DNA of 64,000 nt from Veleropilina oligotropha (taxonomy: Eukaryota): positions 1 through 64,000 of the forward strand of contig JBEUKZ010000132.1 in the NCBI GenBank assembly GCA_048128005.1, given 5' to 3'. The notes beneath the pieces are model-generated. The model was not told the origin of the DNA. It was given only the letters and a program-made list of their open reading frames with translations, and did no database searches. The position numbers and the translations under genes were made by a program. This document shows, piece by piece, positions 55,594 through 64,000 of the stretch. Positions within the stretch are counted from its first letter, which is position 1. Each line of letters starts with the position of its first letter.

Positions 55594-58500
55594 ATACAAA
55601 TTGCTCATCGGGAGGATTCGAACATACTCCAGTTAATCCAAATTTTTTATAAAAAAGATACCCCATTAGGGCCGTATCCAGATGGACTTCGAAAGTAGAG
55701 GAGGCGTATTTGATGTTGAGGTATAAGGACCTACGGTGGGTATTCATGGTTTGCGGAGACAGAAACTTGAAAGGGGGGGGGGGGGTAGGAAATAATTATA
55801 CCATCAATTAACAATTAACAATTAACGGTGTGAAACCCCGTCCCGTGCATTCTTCGAGTACAAATATAAAAAATTTACCAACATTTATGAACATTTTCAC
55901 TACTATGTATGAGTTAAAAATTTGAAAAGTGCTATGAAATATGTTTATAAAATGTTCCGTTTTTTGTAAAATTTGTAACTTAATATAAATAAAATGTCCC
56001 GTCTCCTGCATTTTCAGAGTAAAAATAAGACATAAGGTTGAAATTTGAAAAGTGCTATGAAATTTGTTTATAAAATTTTCCATTTATGTCACGAAACATT
56101 AACCTGGGAGAGGAGCCATTCACATTTATCAAATTAGGAGTGTGCTTGGTCCAAATTCAGAGAAGGCAATCGCCTCTTCTTCCCCAGTCCGGCTATACGG
56201 CCCTTGCAAGTTGCGTATGCAAATTCCATACATCCATATATAATTCTTAATGTAGCTAGTTTGATTTTTAGTCTTGTATTTAGTCCGATCAATAGAAAAA
56301 CAAATGTAATTCCATGGCGGATCCAGGATTTGTGGGTAGGGGGAGGAGGGGGCAAATCCGTCGGTCAATGGCCGAAATATAGGCCTACTATTGACGGTAC
56401 GCGGAAGAAATTGTTTACAATTAACGCATCTGCATTCGTTTTTTACCGACTCAAGTTGTATTAATTGCCCGTAATGATCTCGCATTACCCTAAAATGCCT
56501 TACGTATATGTGGATGCTATAAAAAGTTTTGACGATTCAAAATGGAATAACGTACATTGTTTTTTGTTTTATGCTACAAAAATCGTAGATTTGTTTGTCA
56601 GACTTTTTCATCGAAACATGCAGACCCTAATTAAGGACCTTCGTCAAATACGAAAAAAATATTTATCTACGTTTCAAGCAATGTAACATTCATCATTGTA
56701 AAATAGTTAATCAGTAGGCCTAATTAATGTTGTTGAAGGTCAACTTTCCACAATTCCCAAGTAGACTTCGGCAGTGCCCAACGTGACAAATTTTTTTTAC
56801 TTTTAATTCGTAGGCGCTCCAGGTGCCACGTCTATATATTTATTTGAAAAATGACAAAGTTTCTAACTTTGGTTAATTGGTAAAAATACATTTACGGTCT
56901 AGGGTTTAAAATTAAAAGCATTTTCGATTTTTACCGGTAATGCAACTTTAAGCACATTTTCATCACAATGTTAGGCCTATGATTAAAAAGTTACAAATTT
57001 ACATGTAGGCTTACTCTGAAGTATATATGTCTTAGTACGAGACTGAAAATTTTGACAATTAATTAACGGTGTGAAACCCCCTCCCCTGCTTTCTGAGTGC
57101 AAATACGATGTGATTTTTTTACCAACAATTACGGACATTTTTACCACTATGAATGAGTAAAAGGTTGCAAATAGACATGGATGTAAATGGAAATAGACAA
57201 TATATGTTTCACGCGGATAAATATTTTGACAATTTAATAGCGGTGTGAAACCCGCTCATGAGCACCTACATTCTGAGAGTGCAAACACGATGTGCATCAC
57301 CACTATGTATGAGTAACAGTTTGCAAACTGACATGTAGCCTACTATCTGGGACTACTATACTAGAGTCCCAGCTACTATGAAGCATATCATGAAAAGTTT
57401 CGCTTTATTGGTCACAACAAGGGCGGGGGATCCTGACCCACTAAATCCGCCATAGAATACTATTTTAAATATGTATAACTTTATTTCACGTAATGTGATC
57501 TGTAAACTACACATTCTACGAAAAATTAGGTACGAATGATTCGTATCTCCTTTTTTTTTAAAATTACCAACATGCTTGATTCGCCAAACGCGCGTTAACT
57601 ATATCGCTACAACGCTGCATATGCCGATTTCGATCATCGATGCAATTAATGGTAAAGTAATCGGAAGTGCTCACTGCGCATATACAGGAAATGCTATTAG
57701 TCTAAATGCCCGTATGTACTCTGTTGAACGTCTCATTTTCCTAGGTCGGTATAATCAATTATTTCACTATTTAGCCAATTTATCTATGTCTAATTAATGA
57801 TATTGGCGATATTTTGTGTTTTTTATGACATTAGTTTCATTGTTATGTTTTGGACAACTTCGGTAATTCGTAATTTATTGCCGACCGGTGCCAACCCTGA
57901 AACATCAGATATTCTCATCTTTCTGGACCGCGTGTTCGATTGTTTTCGGTCATTTAATTCCCTTTTCACGAATTACTATGTACTGAACAAATGCGTTTGA
58001 AGTTAATACAAGACTTGTATAAATTACATTGTACATATTATATTATAAAAATGGGATCCTTATTTTGCTTTTTAGATTAATCCGTATGATTATGAAATGA
58101 TAACGATGTATAATTATTGTATAAAGTTTAAATTTGTTTGTGACAATGCTCTTCTCTTCCTAGGGTAGTTTGCTGTTTAAGGGTCCCCGGGGTACTATTC
58201 GTTCATATACCCATTTGGACATGATTTATGGACATTACCTTACAATATGCGCATTAGGGTTTAGGAGTATATTCTATGGGCAGTGTATTAGTAAGCAGGG
58301 TTAGCTAACCCTGTACTGGGGACCCTTAAACTGCAAGTGCCCCTAAATCTAAAAAAACTGCTAATAAATGTTTATTATTTATTAAAGTTTACATTGTTTA
58401 CCACTCCGAAAGTTTTGTGGTTTCGGTTGCAGACTCCGAAAATGACTGGCTTGAATCAATGATAAAGTTGTTTCCGTTAGTGGGATCGAATCTCGGTTGG

Positions 58501-59386
58501 AACATGACATTATTTGCTCAAGTTATGAATCACAGTTGTCCATAAGAGAGGGCCGCGATAGTATGGAAATGCCCTGCTTTGAACCTAATGGTTGGAAATA
58601 TACAGGACATTAAGCATCGATCCTTTCCTTTACTACCAGTCACCAAAGTCCCTCAACAATAAAAAAAAAATAAAAAAATAATTCGCCCGAGCAATGCCAC
58701 AGTGACACACATCGATCACTATATTATTAATATAACAGAGAAAGTTGTGCAGTGCAAAAATGAGAAATACGAATGTGTAAATACATTACATACAAGACCA
58801 CAAAATTATTTTATAATCAACAAACCTGGTACTGCTGGAATCCAGAAAACAGGTATTTTTTGCTATTAGTGTATTTTTTCATTAATTTGTGGACCATGGG
58901 AAGTTTCTTTGCGTGTCAATTCAAGACGCCAACTAAAGCCGTGATGCATGGTGATTAAGCTCTGCGATGAAAAAATATATCTTATAAAATAAATAGGTAG
59001 ACTAGTTATCTGTCTTGACTTATAATTTATTGTTTTTATATGCACAAGGTCTGCAAGAGTGCTTGTTCACTGTATGCTTAACCACAATGATCAACGTGAT
59101 AAATTCACATCTTGAGATTATAGCGACGTACATCTCAAATTATGCACAACAAGTAATGCTGGAGGGGTAATGTGACAGTGAAAGTGACAATTGCCAGATG
59201 CCATATTTTTCGACATTTGTCCCTCGGACATTTCTAATATATAAAGGCAATGTGATTGCAGTCATGACGACCGACAAGAGTTATGCGCCCCTCTCCTCTG
59301 GCATGAACCATTGTCGCATATGGCCATTAAACATATTCATGAATCCATTATTAATTCTCCAGTAGTCTATACGTCATACCATTTAA

Positions 59387-59921
59387 TAAATAGTAAACAT
59401 AGATTCACTTAATGTGAAACATTGTTTCTGAAACGATTACGACGTTTCTGTACGTTTACTGCGGACCTTGTCGCGTAATGGTGGTCTGTGACATATCTTG
59501 CTAGGTGGCAGGAGAATCGATGTGTAGGCAGTTGGGATGAGGTAGCCCAGGTCCCTGTTCATGGTGGATTTCTTTTGCCTGATGTAAATGGCTTCTTTGA
59601 GCTGGTCTTGTTCTCAAGGGAGTATTCTGGTGTTATTTAGAGATATTGAGTGTCCAGTGTCAAGATACTGGTCTCCTACAATCGTGGGTCGGTCGATGTT
59701 TCAATGTTGCTTTGGGGGGCATTTCGTTTAGCCGATGTAGGTCTGTTGGGCATCTGCATCGCAAGAGCTGTGACAGTGCCTACACATCAATTCTCCTGCC
59801 ACCTAGCAAGCTATGTCACAGACCATCATTACGTGACCCAGGTCATCAGCAGACTGACCGAATCATAGTAATCATTTCAGAAACGATGTTTCAAAGTAAG
59901 TGAATCTATGTTTACTATTTA
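59387..59921. mobile_element. Penelope-like element 3' remnant in an inverted (hairpin) arrangement
   Basis: Inverted arms at 59387-59530 and 59777-59921. The minus strand between them reads KEAIYIRQKKSTMNRDLGYLIP, like the C-terminus of a GIY-YIG domain. Confidence 0.6.
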
Positions 59922-60000
59922 ATATCCATTATGGAAACCATGAACAATTTATTTCATAATGTCATACCATTTGTATTCCAGACCGCATGTGACTATTGTG

Positions 60001-60250
60001 ATGCCCGCTAGCTCCTCGGACCCCCTGGGACAAATCGAGGAGACCCTACGGACATCTTTGACCTGCACGGAGGATGTCGATCAGCAGCTGTTGTCGGCAT
60101 CCAAGAGAGTCTTGCTGCATAAAATCGACTTCAAACCCGCCGAGAAGCCTCACTCACTGCAAGTGGAGTCGTTGAGGGCCAAATATGTGGCACTGAATCC
60201 AAGCACACCTCTGAATAAACGCCAACAAAGTGGGTGCGAAAATGCATCAG
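60001..60250 (+). CDS. USP36: Ubiquitin carboxyl-terminal hydrolase 36/42-like, first coding exon
   Basis: LLSASKRVLLHKIDFKPAEKPHSLQVESLRAKYVALNP resembles the conserved USP36 N-terminus (LLASSAKKVLLQKIEFEPA...LKSKYVLLNP). Acceptor ttccag ends at 59981, ATG at 60001, GT donor at 60251. Confidence 0.85.
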
Positions 60251-60856
60251 GTATTGAAATGACGTGCAAAATTGGATATAAATTACTGTAGATTGGGTTG
60301 GTTTAATAAACAATCCATATTTTAAATTTCTTTTAAGATGAATATTTTATATGAAATTTATTAACAACTTTGCAATGCATGTGCTTTTTTTTTTTAAATT
60401 TCAAGTTTGAAGCTTGATTTAGAAGCTCATATTTGCCTTTAATGTTAATAAATCTGTTCTTGTGCAAACAATTGTTGTCCACAATCATGAATAGTCCCTG
60501 TAGATGCAGAATATTCCAAGAAACACGCTTGCTCTGACCCAGGCCTGCACAAATTGCGAGAACGATCGTTCAGCTCGCCTGAAGCTCTGGAAATGCAACG
60601 TTGCGTAACCAAATTATCGTTCGCTCAAAATTTCATTTAATAGGCAATTTAAATTTATTCAATTCAATAGATATTTACCTTGTCTCAAAACGAATGTTGC
60701 TATTCACGGCTTTCGTTAGCTGGCGTCCTGGCGGTTAGTCCGCCAGACATTTGCCACGGGACGCCAAAATGTCGCACCCATGGCGGCCCAGCGACGCCAA
60801 GAAATTTCTGAGGACGACATAAAATCAACCCCCTGTCATCCTAAAATACATGTACC

Positions 60857-62416
60857 CAGGGCTGGACAAATGCACCAGCCCGACGCCCGGGACTAGTGAA
60901 AAATCGCAAATTATGCAATCGGACTAGTGTGGATGTATATCGAGATAGCCCGCCGGACTAGTATGTTTTGTTTGTAGCAAAAAGAGCTTCGCTCAACGTG
61001 TTTTCAAAATCGAAATGCACTACGTTTTGGTCAAATCTCACGTCAGTTTTGCGAAATAATCCCCATCAAATATGTTGTCTGTATATTTTGAGCAATCAAA
61101 TATTTACACAATATCAATTAACAGTTGTTTATTCAAAGACAAACTAGTCACAGCTAATTACCTTCTATTGTATCTGAAAGCAAATGGCCAGGCAAATTAT
61201 AATCAACAATGTCTCCTTGACCTTCGCCTGAAGTAATCCTAGAACTTGACAATGGAAGCGGAAGTGTGGAATTGGGGGTGTGACTAGCTTAAATAATTTC
61301 CATGTGTGTATAGATAATGAATTAAAGAAAGTAAAAATTAAAATACAACAACACATGGAGTGTTTGCTTATATAAATATACCAGCATGATGATATAATAA
61401 CGAAAGTTGCATCCAGTTGTAAGAAAGTTGTATGTTAATATAAACCTAACCTTCCCCATCTGGGAGAGTTCAATACCTTCCCCGCCATTTTGCTCACTTA
61501 CGAGGTTATTTAATGAACCTTTTTTATTTTAATCCTATTTAATTTAATTAATGCAACCTTTGTATATAAGCATAAAATAGTTTAGTTTAAAATTGCATTG
61601 CAACATGCATAAGAAAGAAAATAAATTAAAATGAAACTTGAAAATTAACAAATCACGTCTGTGGGAGAACTGTTAGAATCAAAGGGAGATAACTAAAAAT
61701 TATAATATAATTGGGAATGTTCTAAAAAATTGAAAATTACAAAATATTAATACTCAAACTTCAAAATAATTTCTTTTACAATTAATTTAATAGTATTTTA
61801 TATCATGTAAATTCATGCAGATTGGTATTAGATAAATAACTGATATAATAATAAACACTTAATTTTAAATATTATAAAATGGTGATTCTATCATTACCTA
61901 TGGCTTAAAAAATATATTACAAAGCTGAGTTCAAATTTTTCAGTCAATGTCGTTGTTATTGATATAAAAGTGAAATTATTTAAAACAAGAACGATGCGTT
62001 CGGATTATGTCTTGACCTTTGTCTGCTAGGACCATCTGTTGTATATAGTGTATGTTAAATGTGATTATACAATCTAACATATTCATATGATGTATTTACT
62101 TCCAACTCATGATTTTATGACAGATGACACGGACCATTTGATAATGTCTTGTCCTTTTATGTAATTTGATACTAGTATGTTTGCGCACATAAATAAAATT
62201 TTAAATTTGTACATAAATGTTCATTTTCATTGTTGAAGACCATAAATGCGTGTAATGAAGAAGGATCAAACTCTATCACCACCTCACCCTGGAAATTAAT
62301 ATTATTTATAACATTTCGGAAAAGTCGGGCTAGTGTGACATTGAGCAGGGCTAGTAAGATGTTGAATCCAACTAGCCCTTGGGCTAGTAACTTTTTTTCA
62401 AATTTGTCCAGCCCTG
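60857..62416. mobile_element. Non-autonomous DNA transposon with 15-bp TIRs and 7-bp TSD
   Basis: CAGGGCTGGACAAAT ... ATTTGTCCAGCCCTG flanked by ATGTACC on both sides; subterminal GG(A/G)CTAGT repeats. Confidence 0.8.
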
Positions 62417-64000
62417 ATGTACCAATTAAATACTAATATATTCCTCATATTTAAACTTATGTAATTGTCGTCGAGGTAGTAAACTTGTCATTCTGTAGTG
62501 CAATCTTGATTGGATTATCGCTCGGCAGTTATCAGTTGCTACTTCCTAATCAAGATGAGCGGTCAGTAATCTTACCCAACGTTTGCTTCGAACTGCCATA
62601 TTAATCTGGCAACAAACACATTGACATGTGTTGTATAAATGTAAGCTGGACAGTTAAGGCCAACAAAAAAAATGAATAGTTTCTCAGGCATTTTTTTCCG
62701 CATAAAAGTGCGCGCGCGAGCGAATTTTTTTTTATTTCTTATTTTTTTTATTGTATCATATTATGATAAAATGTACATAATTTTATTAAAATACCATGAA
62801 ATTGTTCAAAGAAATGAATCAAAAAAACAAATTTCTTTATAAAACACTTTATTCGTCTCAGTACAATTAAAGCACAGTAAAGTTTTGGATATATTCTGAT
62901 AATAATTTTATGCATTCAATATAAACATGTATATAAATGATAGAATGACAAGTTTAGATGATATACAGTTACTCTGGCATCATAAATTTACATTATACGC
63001 TGTTTTGTTGGGCCAATACAATACACCAAGGTTTCAAGCGCACGCTCCCGTTCGTTACTGTTACAGACACCAACATCTTGTTGTCTGCACAATACTCCGC
63101 TTGTCTGTCAATATCTCTAACAAAAGAATTTGTGTCAAATGAAAGCATGTACGGAAACAGCCGAAGTTTACAAGGGAGACAATTTATTCCGTCGTTTGTT
63201 TCAAGGGAGATCACCCAACAATGATTTCATTATAAGAATGATCGTTTTCGATTAAAATATCAGTAAAACTAGTATTTGACAAAAAACTTGCATTTGTAAT
63301 GTGTAAAATTGATTAACCCCTTGGGCCTATGAGAAATTTGCACAGATAAACCTTTTTATATGCGAAATCCGACTGTAGGGATATACCGGTCCGAGACATT
63401 CTGGCTTTATCGCGACAGGAAAGGGCAAGTGAAGTCGCTATTTATAGTGTAATGTATAGCAGTAATTTTTAAACGATAACAATGGAAATAACAAATGATA
63501 TAAAACATAGAATTTTTATTCGTATTATAAACAATATTACATTATGCAATGCAAAGTATACAGTCAACATGGGTTTTACATCCAATCGTACAAAGATATA
63601 TTAAAATATTATCATCAGACGAAATTTTTATTTTTTCATATTCAATAAAAAGCAAATGCGCGACCGACTTTTGACTGACGCGCCGGTGCCAGAGAAACTT
63701 TTTATTTTTTTTTGTTGGCCTAATATAAACATTTTCTTATTTTGGATGAAAAGCTGGTCATTAATTTGCCTCGAAATGTCGCTGATATTTGTTGGAAATC
63801 GCGTACACAAAATGTCAGTTTGCGGAATTGCAGAACCACTCGATAAACAGAGTAGTGTGAAATGATGAACTTAACTAGCAATACAAGTCTATTGATACAA
63901 TAAATACTTCATAATGGTTTCATTGGAGTATTTTTGTACATAATTTTAAAAATGATGCGCTAAACACACACATGACTGCCGAAGTATTTTATTAACACGT

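Overview
AT-rich animal genomic DNA; the repeat content looks mollusc/lophotrochozoan-like, but the species cannot be fixed from sequence alone. (1) 155-20327 (+): the 3' part of a spliced polycystin-1-like (PKD1L2-like) gene, 12 exons covering GPS, TM1, PLAT and the channel region. Its introns hold a decayed AcademX-type transposon, Helentron-like (HINE) elements with internal tandem arrays, hairpin repeats and a SINE. (2) About 23.7-29.1 kb: nested LINE, SINE and MITE debris. (3) About 29.5-50.0 kb (-): a decayed Ty3/Gypsy retrotransposon whose RT is split by the main feature of the window, a 15,861-bp GC-rich endogenous virus-like element (32043-47903). The element has ~270-310 bp G-rich TIRs and a TACT target-site duplication. 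It encodes a putative double-jelly-roll major capsid protein, a penton, an A32-like packaging ATPase, a retroviral-type integrase and several membrane proteins, one carrying PSAP and LYPxL late-domain-like motifs. In place of the canonical Polinton pPolB and cysteine protease it has one large fusion of a divergent PolB-like domain, an SF1 helicase and an HNH-like module, an architecture known from Tlr1, transpovirons and some Polinton-like viruses. (4) 50-64 kb: more TE remnants and the first coding exon of USP36 (60001-60250). All family calls come from motif recognition by eye; no database searches were run.
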